A stretch of 63,639 nucleotides of DNA, counting the filler, from Asterionella formosa (taxonomy: Eukaryota), in assembly GCA_002256025.1 (NCBI GenBank). It is 13 parts of 13 records of this genome, joined end to end, with 100 filler letters (N's around TTAATTAATTAA, not from the genome) between each part and the next. Parts side by side here need not be neighbours in the genome. Positions count along the whole stretch, not along the records: positions 1 to 23,422 come from NKIB01002483.1; 12 more parts are not named here. One strand, written 5' to 3'. Under the pieces are notes generated by a model. It had not been told where the DNA came from, made no database searches, and worked only from the letters and a program-made list of their open reading frames with translations. A program made the position numbers and the translations under genes. Below, piece after piece: positions 12,146-23,522 of this stretch. Every line of letters begins with the position of its first letter. Position 1 is the stretch's first letter.

Positions 12146-14877
12146 ATGATGATTGACGTGGAACTGAGTAATGGAGGGGAATCATCCGCCGAGGGACATG
12201 ATCTCTTTACCAATATGCCACAAAGCGCAACGATTGAATCGCCCTCGATATTAAGCTGCCAGCCATACGTATTGGGTGGCGAATTGAACTCGCACTACGC
12301 CAAAGCAAGGCCGACCAGAGAGAGTGTACTTCAGCGCTTATCAGAAGCACTCATGCGACGATCGCTAACCAAGGTAAGTACTGGTACAAGCACCCCGAGT
12401 GCGTGTTGTCGTCCTGCGCTGTGTTGTGGCTCAGTTGTTCTAACCCCTCGGTGCTTTGTTGTTTTCCTTGTATACTCAATCCGTACTCACGATTGGTAGA
12501 TTGATTTATCACAGCGAGGATTGCAGTCATCAGACGCACGCTTAGTCAAAATGGCCCTGCTGCAGAATTCAAACCTTTCCATTCTCAAACTAGGTTACAA
12601 CAACTTGGGCGATGAAGGTATTAATACATTGGCTGTCGGGATTTCAGCACACCGCGCTTTGGGATCGCTGGATCTTGGATTCAACCAAGTTGGCGATGAA
12701 GGGATTAGATCATTGGCAGCTGCTTTGTTTGGATCTGCCTTGCATACACTCTACTTGGCAGGGAATCACATGGGTGAAGAAGGAGCCATGGCATTGGCAG
12801 ATGGTATCAGGAGAGGGTGTGCTGTGACCAAACTGCATTTGACTGGAAACCGATTAGGGCCAGATGGAGTGAAAGCAATAACAGAAGCCATTCTAGAAGA
12901 TGAACTGAGAAGGAGAGAAACATCATATGTTGTCAATGACACTCGAGGGATCCAAGAGCTCTTTTTAGGAGGAACAAGCATGGGACCAATGGGTTGCCAT
13001 GCAGTTGCTACAATGCTAAGCCGAAGCAGAACAATACGAGTGATATCAATGGCCAATTGCGGTATCACAGATGATGAGGTTGCCACTTTAGCTGTCAGTA
13101 TCAAAGAAAACAGAGAGTTGCTCCCGCTAGAAGCCTTGCAGCTGTCATTCAATGCAATCACTTGTAAAGGCCTTGATTTGTTGACAAACGCGATTTGGGG
13201 ATCTCAAATCATCCGTGAACTCTTATTGGATAACAATGAGATTGGAGATCGAGGTGCCCAGCAGATTGCCAACATTTTGCCATACGTGAAAACTCTTGAA
13301 GTCTTGGACGTTGGTTTCAATGGAATTAAATCACAAGGGATGAAGGCATTAATGAAAGTTGTCGCAGAAACGCAACACTTAGTATCACTTTCGGTTTCAG
13401 GTAACCCAATTGATACAGGGACTGCAAAGGCAGTGGCATATGCTCTGGCATATAACCAATCCCTAAAGTGTTTATTTCTTGATCATTGTGATATTCAACA
13501 TGAAGGGCAGAGACATATTGTGGCTGGTTTTGTTTCCAATTGTGGGATCATGCTGAGGAAACTGACAGGATTCCGGATAGGACGTAAGTATTTTCAGTTA
13601 AATTGTATCGCAGAAAATGATCCATGTCCTTTAACTCATTTTTTTCTGCAGCTGTCATTGTGACTATTGAATTGCCATCAGCGCTGGAGCACTGGACAAA
13701 TGAACAAGTCTTGAATTTTATTCATTTAATGTGGGAGCAATCAAATCAATCCTTATGTGTTGATACAGAAGAACTTGAAGTTGACCCACTTCAGTTCCTT
13801 CCTGATCCCAGTGGTGAAGTTGGACGAGCTGTTGGTCCACTGGATGCCAGTACTGTGGTTCAAGTTGCCAAACGGGCCTATGCTTCCCTTGGAGAGACCG
13901 GCTATGATGTGTTCTCAAGACATGGAGTTGACGACAATGCATTTGACTCACCGTTAACTGAGGATGCAATCATGGTTGAAGGAGCCGACGGAGATTTTAT
14001 TCAAGACACTGACTTGATCCCAACTGCTTCTGTGGCCATGACTGGGAGTAAAGAAGCATTGTCGTTGGCAAATGAAGGTCATTTATCAAATAAGCCAACG
14101 AAATCCTTTGTGGCTGTTCCAGCAAAACCAGCAAAGCCAGCAATCCCTGACCCACACAGAAAGAAACGAATCGTGGATTGGTTATGCAAGAACATTCAAC
14201 ACTTGAATGAGCTTTCACAGATAGCATTCAATTCTGGTGAACTTTGGCGTCTTCATCAACATTATTTCACCCCAGTTGTCAATGAAAGTGGAGGGAATGT
14301 GAATGATTCATCCTTACTTGAATCCGCAGATACTGTTGGAAGGATGGTCAACAGTGTTCCAGATGTCTCTAGACATGGTGCAAACCCAAATGATGCAAGC
14401 ATGGTTACTCCATCCACACAATCAATTGAAGACCAGTGTTTCATTCCTGCAAGTGATCCATCGTTGCAATTATCACCAATGGGAGTACAGTTGACCATGC
14501 TTAAACGTAAAGTTTCATATCGTTTTTTGGGTGATGCTGACAAGCCGACAAGCAGCATGCATTACGTGAATGAACATTCCGTGGCAAAGATGATCGAGGA
14601 TGGCGCAGGTGTCCAGGCGATGCCACCAAGAACGAAAAGAGCCCGTCGCAACAAAACACGTATATCCTTCCTTCCCAGAATCAAGGCAAAGTTGGAGTCA
14701 TATTTAGATGTGTGTCATGAAAAGGCATTGATTCTAATGCGACAGCTTTACTTTGTAGAACATGCACTGCTAGCAGGAAAGATCAACCCCAACGAGCCAT
14801 CCGGCGAAAATAAAGTGACACATCTCTTTGGGCTCCTGGCGGATGAGGCAGAAATGATTCTTATTGATATGGTGTAA
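12146..14877 (+). CDS. Leucine-rich repeat protein (RNI/NLRC3-like LRRs); 3 exons: 12146-12373, 12500-13583, 13652-14877
   Basis: Repeated LxLxxNxIGDEG motifs. GTAAGT...TAG intron 12374-12499 and GTAAGT...CAG intron 13584-13651 join the three track ORFs in frame. Confidence 0.9.
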
Positions 14878-14940
14878 ACGTTTAACAATTGCTTCTAGTA
14901 TTTGTATTCTACAGTCTTATTCGTGGCACAGAAATTAATT

Positions 14941-16848
14941 TCATCGTATTCGCAGCCCCAACTTTTTGGCAAAAATCCACGGTGAGATCGGAATAGAACC
15001 GAGTCCAGGAAGCAAGGGAATGTTCTCACGACAAGTTAACGCTATTGTTCGAAGAGCGGAAAGCTGAGGCGTATCGTCGGCAACTGGGATGATATTGGAA
15101 ATGCAGTTGAGATTGAAGTCTTGAGACAAAGCATCTATTGCTTGCCGAGCAGTTACCACCGCCTTTTCGGTGCTCCATGAAGCGTGACCAGTTCGATCGA
15201 TCCAGTCGCCACAAGCGTACAAACCGGTTGCTAACTTTACCGGCGGCGACGATGATGCAGAGTCGACGCAAAAATGCGACACTGCATTTCTAGCTCTTAA
15301 CACCGACACATCAAGTATATCACTTCTCTCGATTCTATTTACACTGAGAGCAGCAGCAACAGCGCGGAGCGCTAGATCAGCAATTTCCTCATCGTTGCTG
15401 ATGTCCGCAATAGCGTCAGCTCGAAAAAAATCTATCTCAAGTGCTGCACATGCATGCATGTTTCCAACGGCACCGACAGAGAATTCGTCATGCAATCTTT
15501 GAAGGTCATAAATACAAAACCCAGCCTCTGCCAGCTCTGTAATGCCACCGACTCGAGGACCACACACAACCACAGGCGAATCCTGCATGGCCATGGCAAT
15601 GACTGGAGGAAGCTGAGTTGAATCGTACAGTCCACCTGCCAAACCAGAAGTCACAACAATATTGGGACGGAGAAATATGCGAACTGCCACACAAGTGATG
15701 CCTCGGAGGTTCTCAAATTGTTTGGCAATAGAAGTTGCCTGAATAGGAGGGCAGGAAGGTAATAACTTTTTCATAGCTAAACTGCCGACAGCCATAACCA
15801 CAGCGTCGCACTCGATTACCTCGTCGCCGTTAACTACGACTGTGTAGGTCTCGTTGTCCTTCTCAATTGAAGTGACTTTTGAGGAACCTCGAATTTTGAC
15901 GTTTCCGCTTTTTTGAAGTCGAATGGCCCATGGGTTGAAAATCTTTTCTCCGATGGTACCACGGCACCATCGAACATCAAATGCGCCCCGCGATTGTAAT
16001 GCGAAAACGTGAAAACAAGATAAGGCTGCCGCAGCGGAGCAATCATATCCCGGTGTCATAGGTAATACATGCAGCAACGGAGTGATCAGCTCTTGATATA
16101 GAATTGGTGATACACCAGCTATTGATAAAAACAACTGCTCGGCCGAGATTTTGTCATATCTTTCCCATGATCCTGGGTCCTCTTGTCCAAAATCAGCCCA
16201 AGCTCCCAGCAAGCCGATGGCGCTTATTCGATCAGCAACCGACAGTGGAGAGCTCGGAGAGAACTCAGAAAGTAGTGCCACATCTAATGGTGGTGGAAGA
16301 AGTTCAGCAATATTCTCCATTAACTTCGCTGGATAATTCCAATCCGCACTCCTCAGTTCAGTAGCTTGTTCAGTTTTGTTGCCAAGGACGGGTGCAGTGG
16401 CTACCTTGCCAGACTCGGACACCAACATGGAAGGCGTGAAGGGTGTCAATATTTCGTCTACTTCTAGTCCAATTCGCTTGATAGCGGCAAACGTATTTCG
16501 ATATTCTCTCCAGAACCCATGAAGACCAGTCTCTACTGGCCGCTTGAGTATGGAAGATCGCCACCCTCCGGCCAAACCACCAGCACGTGGCGAGGCATCT
16601 AAGAGGTGGACTTGAATTGGTCTGGAAGAACATGTTGACAGCGCATCTGCCGCGCTGAATCCAGCCCATCCACTACCGACAACAACAACTCGAAGTGGTT
16701 CGCTTTTGGCGTTGGCATGCTCCGCCAGCGCCACACCACAACCATTGTCTCGGCGACCCGGTGTCGAAAAAATAAACGACGAACATATCCTTCCTTGAAT
16801 TAAGATTCCAAGGATTGTTATCGACCACAGCGATATGTGCACTCTCAT
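14941..16848 (-). CDS. Plastid-targeted FAD-dependent oxidoreductase (flavin amine oxidase / carotene desaturase-like family)
   Basis: Rossmann motif VVVGSGWAGFSAA, GGLAGGW, ETGLHGFW, C-terminal LYACGDW...EKAV; N-terminal signal peptide ending ICSS-F (bipartite presequence). Confidence 0.85.
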   Translation of the reverse strand: MRVHISLWSITILGILIQGRICSSFIFSTPGRRDNGCGVALAEHANAKSEPLRVVVVGSGWAGFSAADALSTCSSRPIQVHLLDASPRAGGLAGGWRSSILKRPVETGLHGFWREYRNTFAAIKRIGLEVDEILTPFTPSMLVSESGKVATAPVLGNKTEQATELRSADWNYPAKLMENIAELLPPPLDVALLSEFSPSSPLSVADRISAIGLLGAWADFGQEDPGSWERYDKISAEQLFLSIAGVSPILYQELITPLLHVLPMTPGYDCSAAAALSCFHVFALQSRGAFDVRWCRGTIGEKIFNPWAIRLQKSGNVKIRGSSKVTSIEKDNETYTVVVNGDEVIECDAVVMAVGSLAMKKLLPSCPPIQATSIAKQFENLRGITCVAVRIFLRPNIVVTSGLAGGLYDSTQLPPVIAMAMQDSPVVVCGPRVGGITELAEAGFCIYDLQRLHDEFSVGAVGNMHACAALEIDFFRADAIADISNDEEIADLALRAVAAALSVNRIERSDILDVSVLRARNAVSHFCVDSASSSPPVKLATGLYACGDWIDRTGHASWSTEKAVVTARQAIDALSQDFNLNCISNIIPVADDTPQLSALRTIALTCRENIPLLPGLGSIPISPWIFAKKLGLRIR

Positions 16849-17439
16849 TCTTAAGCCTTACAACAGCCAAGAATGAGGGTTGACCACGTTCATTTTTGTT
16901 GAAAGGTTGCTGTTCCAGATACATGTCGGTAATCTTCTACGATGCATATTACGCACCGGTGTCAATAGAATTCACACCGCCCAGCGGAAAGCATCGTCAG
17001 TCCATGTATAATTATATATAAAATGATGTATATTACAATAAAAACAATATCATACACAAAACACTATTTATTATATACCTGCAAAAAGACAGATATTATC
17101 TAACGTGGGTACCTGGTACCGGGTATGATGCATACGACAAGGGAAAATCTTCAAATTCTTTGAAAAGGGGCGTTCTTACTATCAATCAGCATTTTTCGCA
17201 CATTGTGGTATCATTTCCGCGTTTCGGGCAAAAAATGACTCACAGTTGGTATCAATTTTGTGCATCAGCAACAGTTACCATAAAGTGGTATCAATGCAGT
17301 ATCATTGATACCAAATTGTACCATTTTTGCCCCCTCGAAAAAAGGTATCAGTGATACTGGCAAATTCAGACGAATATCTGACATGTAGTATGTATCTGTG
17401 CCTTCTGTGTGTTGTCCTGCTACTGAGGATGCAACTCAA

Positions 17440-18600
17440 TAGATCAGGCTTCCAGAGCCAGCGAACATTTTGCTTTTTTAACAATGTCTGGCAACATCAT
17501 TGCTCATTGCTTCATTCATTTGTTTATCAAATGGGCGGTGTAATGCTTTGAGTTTCTCACCTTCCATCGTTTTGCCAACATTTTCAACTAACCAATCGAA
17601 CATTTCCTTGTCATCATCAATGTTTCAATATTTACATGGTGTGCTAACACTCTTATTTGATTTCACAGGGCACCATTCTGGATTGCTTTGGTTGTGAGTG
17701 TTAAATAAGTGGTGGATTGGCATCAGTGATGCTGCACAGAAACCTGAAAATGTTTTGTCTTGATTTTTCTGGATTAATGAAGCATCCTCCATAATACATT
17801 CTCAGTCGCAGGCAGTTGGCTAGTTGGCTTTGTTAATCTGGCATCACATTTTGGACCTGAAGACATCAAGAAACAGGGGTGTAGTAAAACCAGCCCACGA
17901 AAACTGGGTGGGGGTTCTGATAGAAAGACCAGTTCTTGACATGCAATGGAAGCAATCCATGGTTTGTCTTTTTTGCGCCATTGTTGCTTTTTGGCCATTC
18001 AAACAATGGATTTTGTAGTAGTAAATTCTTATAAGACCATTTGCAGTTGGCTCTAATAGTTGAATCGTCATCGCAAACCATTGTGGCTGGTGTAGAAGAC
18101 TTGGTACTTATCCACTGCCTTGATCACCACTTCTACCCCAGCATCTGGTGATTCCATTGACTTTGAACTACTCAATAGGTGATTCTTCGGGCAAAATAAG
18201 GCTTGGCTGACGCAAACCGCCAAGCTGCATAGTAGTCACAAGTTTCACATACCTTAGAATTTTACAGAGTTATCTAGTAGTGTATTTTTTGAATAGCCCC
18301 TAATGCAAAAAGCATGCTTGCTATTCGAATTATATTTGTTAACACTGGAGTGCTGCTGCCAGTCCATGTCAAAACTTACTGTTAGTCTTGGTATGTTTTC
18401 TGGGATCATGTCATTGTGCTGCTTTGCTAAGATTATTTCACCAAGAGTATTCTTCCTGATATTGGACCAAGCATGACATTCATGTGCATCCAGAGTAAGA
18501 CGTACCTCCTCATTCATTGCCTCTCTCATTGATTGTTCTGTTGTGGTTGATTATTGCATTTGCTGTTATATTGTTGCTCAAAGAAGAACACCAGGATTAT
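17440..18600 (-). pseudogene. Degenerate Mutator-like/Kolobok-type DDE transposase
   Basis: Minus-strand fragments LTVSFDMDWQQHSSVNKYNSNSKHAFCI, CPKNH..SSKSME and VCDDDSTIRA follow the D..W / GSS..ME / GDGDS motif order of this family, with many stops and frameshifts. Repeated GGTATCA motifs at 17205-17350 may be subterminal repeats. Confidence 0.7.
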
Positions 18601-19121
18601 CTATGCATGTAGAAGCAGGATGATTATATAATCCTGCTGTTAGTATGTGTATGTGTGTATGTGTTCTGGCAGGGAGTGAAATTATGTCTACGTTGAGCAA
18701 TGTAGATATAACATTAAATGTCTTCGTTCTTTTTGAAATGGAACTCTGTTAATGTGGTGCCAATTTCTACTTAGTTTAAATATTCAGACAGATACTTGCA
18801 TCATGGGAATACACAGAAACAAATTCTCTTTGCGTTCCATGTCAATTTTACAACCCTAGCCATGTTTTACTCCAAACTAGGGTTAAGCCGAAGCCGCAAA
18901 CATACCGTAGCTGAAATAGTACCAGTACCCTACCAGGTACTTGGGACTTGAAGCACCAGGTAACAGGTACCTGGTACCAGATACCGGGGTAGCTTACCGG
19001 TATGTTACTCCCTCCCTACAATACAACGAAGGAAACAACGACAACAGCCAAAACTCAAAAGTAAAACGCTTTTGTTCGTCCTGCTGTTTATTGTAGTTTG
19101 GTCGCCCATTTTCTTAGTGTC

Positions 19122-19732
19122 ATGCTGTCTAGATCTGTCTGCGCGATTTCTCGACGAGCAGTGTCGAGAGCCACTGCTCCTCGTGCCATGATGGCCACTT
19201 CTGCTATGACAGAAGTCGACAAAGATGCTCCTGCGCCAACTGTCTTCGACAAGACGATTCAGTTGACTTTCGTCGACCCCAGTGGTGCGCGACGAAAAGT
19301 GCCAGGATACGTCGGTAAGTGCAAGCAGAACATGACGGAAAATGGAAAACTCTCGTAACAAGCACAGCACTAATCTAACCTTCCGCTTGTTCCTTTGTAG
19401 GCCGGAACCTTTGGGCCACATGCATGCTGCACAAAATTGATGTTGGTCCAGCGTCCTTCGGTGCACCCGAGTCTGCCATTCGTTCTGACACTTGGACCGA
19501 GCCTTTGTATGGCGAAGGACCCTCTACCGGCTATGATATGGTGGTCCTGAGTGGCAACGGCACTGCCAATATTCCTCCCCCGGATGGGAACGAAATACGT
19601 CAGCTGAAAGCCTATTGGCAAGAGTGGGAAATCTGGCCCGAGAGTCGTCTGGCTTGCTGCATTACACTCACCAAGGAGATGGATGGTATGGTAGTTTATG
19701 TTCCTGATAGGGTCGAAGATATTATCGGATAA
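19122..19732 (+). CDS. Mitochondrial adrenodoxin-fold ferredoxin-like protein (candidate complex I ferredoxin C1-FDX/NDUFX); exons 19122-19314 and 19401-19732
   Basis: R/S/A-rich presequence MLSRSVCAISRRAVSR; LTFVDPSGARRKV; SRLACCITLTKEMDGMVVYVP matches the adrenodoxin C-terminus. GTAAGT...TAG intron 19315-19400 joins the two ORFs in frame. Confidence 0.85.
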
Positions 19733-21850
19733 AGAAAAACTTTCTTGTTGATGTTGCGAGTTTAGAACATTGGAACAAAGTAAAGTTTAAATGATACAAT
19801 TAATGTTGCAAACTGAACCCAGGTGCAATAATCCTTGTCCAAATCATCCTCATATGAATGATTTGGGTATGTTATTCAAATGTGGAAATCCAGTATTAGA
19901 CAATATATAGGAATGAACTCTCCTTCCAGATTATTGTAAGCTCAATTCCCTCTGACCAAATTGACTCCAAGCACCAATTCAGCTCCTCAACTCCTCTTGT
20001 GTAGGCTGATCATGCTAGGAAGTGCCATGAAGCTGTCCTATCTTTATCGAACTTAGCCCCCCCCTGTATACCTATCATGATAACATTTACCATAGCTATC
20101 CATTGCACCTGCTCAGAAAAAGCATTGCATTGCCATATGTAGAGCGCATCCACAAGATAGATTCACCCTTTTCCAATGAATGGTCAATCATTCACTTCAA
20201 ACATTTAACCTGGTTTGCCACAATCGAATTCCTTCCAAAATCTACAGAATGTTGTACAAAAAAATTATTCGAAAAAAATTTGTGTTAGATCCCTTAAAAC
20301 AATGATTCTTAAATAAAAAATAATTCTGAGCAACTGCACACCACTGAATAAACGAACTAGTTGTGAACCTACAACCTGTCATACCCTGCAGGTGTTTCAA
20401 CGAGGCAGCACTGGATGAAGACTCTCTCCACCATGGAGAAAAATATCTATTTGACTTCGCCTGACCCCAAAAAATCAATTCCAATGACCCAATGCTAAGA
20501 CAACACACCAAGAGTGAAACAATGAGAAAGCAGGAAACAGGACAAAAGACCCGAAATTGATAAAGATTGATCAGCACAACCAGAACCCAGTATAATAAAT
20601 GATGATCTTGATGTGCCAAGTAGCTGATGATGTCATTGCATCCAGACCACGACAACCTGACAATGTCAAAACTCAAAGTTATTACGCAATACAAATGGAA
20701 CAGCACCGCAATACAAATAATGACAATATGGTTCGCATTTGGAAGAACAAAATTACTAGCATAAGGCCGATTTAACTGAATTGTGACGAGCTTGGCAACA
20801 TTTTTGTAACAATGACGTTCTCTATACTAGATAAGATGAAATTATGCGCCTGCCCGGTCCCACATTGTCCATTTCAGCAAACATGCAGCCTTCGCTGTAT
20901 CGGTGCGAGATGGACAGGGTTCTTGGTGGAATGGTGGCCATCAATACCCTGCTTGGTAACATCAGAAGGTCCGGCAAGAACTCTGATAGTACGTCATTTT
21001 CTGTCATTTTACATTGTGAAAGTAAGGCCCCATTGCTTGAATCACCTCCTGAGGTTCTTCTCAAGGTCCATCTGCAACCTTGTCCCTAGAATTCGACTAA
21101 GTCAACAAGCAAGGCTGCAATGGATACAGCAGCCAAACATCTAATTAAAATACAAGCAACTCTACCATGTTAAATCGCACCAAGATATGGAAGTCACTTA
21201 CATGAACTCATCAAAACTCAACTGGGTTGATATAGACAGACTGGCAGAACAGGCCATAACCTGGTGCCCTTAATAATACATACTCCCCACCTGGCCATGG
21301 AACTACCCTGATATTGGGTGATCATTGGATTACCAGCCATGTCCCCAAGGAAATTAAAGAGACAAGTCACCAGGATCAGGTCCATGAGTACCTTATCTCT
21401 AGGAATGGATGGGATAGCTACAAAATAGGTCTATGAGATGGTTGATTGACCAGCTCCCTCCCACACCAGGGTCAACATTCCAACCTTTTAAGAATCACAA
21501 TTTTCAAATTGAAATTCGACTTATTTGCTACTATGAAATGCTGTAAACATTTTGAAAGAGCGATTGATGGGTGGTACCCATGCTGCGGAAGATTCAATGA
21601 AGATTTACCACATGCAGTACATTGTCCTCACATGAAAAAATACCTTCCTTGCACAAAAGTGTTTCAAAATGCACAATGAGCGGGTCAGTCCGGGGAACTT
21701 GTGATCACCAATGGGGAGCAGCAAATGCGAAATATTGTTGGTTGAGAAGAGTTCACGAAGATTTCATCCTTCTCGACTCTCAGTGGTCGACTAAATTGAT
21801 TTTATAATTATGAAAAAACTGAAATTAAATCTTATAGTACATTAAGGCTA

Positions 21851-22122
21851 GGGAATGGCATTGTGGTTAAGCACGTTGCCTTTGATCTGAGGTTGTGAGG
21901 TTCGATTCCCGCAATTTTTTTGAGAAGTAATTGTTGGGTTCAACTCGCACAATCCTTACCTTCCCGCACGGTCTGGACTGGTGTGCAAGAAATAGTGGGT
22001 TGCCCCCCTACAAGCAGCTTGTGCCGTTTTCCTAGGCGGTCGGAGTTTCCCCCAGCGCTGCGGCTTAGACGATCACCTTTCGCGAAAGGTGATTGGCAGG
22101 TTGCACAATGAAATACTTGCCT
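21851..22122 (+). mobile_element. tRNA-derived SINE-like element, family 1, copy a
   Basis: Pol III A box TGGCATTGTGG (21856), B box GGTTCGATTCCC (21899), second B-like box at 21936; body colinear with 38644-38969. Confidence 0.7.
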
Positions 22123-23422
22123 TGACCGCTGTGTTTTAGAAAAACAATAGGACATTAGTGAAAATATCAATCAACAGCAGTAACAACGATGATGGTAGTG
22201 CTGATAATGACATCATGATTGGAGAACTTGCTTACCAACTCCTCAATTGTGTATTTGCTTCGGTCAGCACCCAGAGAGGAGGCTTTTACCAAAGCACTGG
22301 TGAATGTCAAGTAACAACAGGTCAGCAGTAGTAGCATTTAGCAAGAATGCCACTTCATGGACTCTGCATAATTGGTGTTTTTGTGATACCGGGATTACAG
22401 CATGTACTCAAAACTGGTACTCCGAGTACCCCGTACCCTGGTAGACTTGGTACCAACCTAAAAACTGAGAGTCATCCTTATTTTACCTTATGTTACGACT
22501 CAGATTATTTTTGTCCGATTGCATGGTAATGGTGAAGCAAGTACAAAGGTTATTGTAGCTCGTCTCTCTTGTACTACTAACTAGATCTGTTTTAAACTAG
22601 CTTGAACTCAATATAAAAGTTTCTAATGTCATCGTTTTGCCTCATAAGGATGACTCTCAGTATATTGGTTTTTAATACATACATGAGGAAATTTTAATCT
22701 TCCATTTTTTCGATTACCCTATTGTTGCCACAAAACCTTTTTGATGCCACAAAATTATTTGTCCATTACAGATTTACAACCCTTTATTTATTGTCCCTTT
22801 CGATGTTTTCTTTCCATAATAATAGTCGGTTTCGACGACACTCCATTATTAATATTTGGTTTTGGGTCAAATGCAACTTCAGTTAATTATTTTAATGACG
22901 GTTTCAGTAATATTTAAATACGTCTATCGCGTGACAGCCTACCACTGTTGTTTGACAATCCTCATACATAAAATGTGTAGGCAATAGAACAACTGCTGGC
23001 GATGAAGCTGTGTACCAGGGTACCGGGTAAATGTCATGACGATGTTGCTGATCAACAAAGCCATGACAATGATGAAAGACAATTTTGTTTTAATATTAAA
23101 TTATGATTCCAATAATGGGTTTTGAATGTATTATCTCGAGTAGATTATGTTGTATCATAGAATGACACATCTTTTTGAAAGCATTGCGTCTTGATGCGAC
23201 AAAGAGGGATCGAGAAATCATTGATAGTGTCAAGCGCCATTGTGAGTTTTCCGATTTTACATATTCGACTATATCTTAACGAATATATAAGCTAGTACAA
23301 TAAAATTCGTTTCATAATATACTAGTGAATAATATATTCTACTCAGAGGACTAATAATAACATAGCTTTATGCTAGAAAATCAACAATTTTCATTTGTTT
23401 CAATGGTTGTAATGATATTGCC

Positions 23423-23522
23423 NNNNNNNNNNNNNNNNNNNNNNNNNNNNNNNNNNNNNNNNNNNNTTAATTAATTAANNNNNNNNNNNNNNNNNNNNNN
23501 NNNNNNNNNNNNNNNNNNNNNN
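23423..23522. other. Synthetic contig linker N44-TTAATTAATTAA-N44 (also at 46887, 48411, 49935, 51458, 52981, 54504, 56026, 57549, 59072, 60595, 62118)
   Basis: Identical 100-bp N-padded spacer with a TTAATTAATTAA core, repeated 12 times. Confidence 0.99.

Noticed and set aside
19800..21450. Possible decayed LINE reverse transcriptase region
   Set aside because: Coding-like composition but no motif I can identify with confidence; needs a translated HMM search.
21851..21912. Functional tRNA genes at 21851, 38027 and 38644
   Set aside because: A and B boxes are present but I cannot fold a complete cloverleaf, and each head continues into a shared repeat body.
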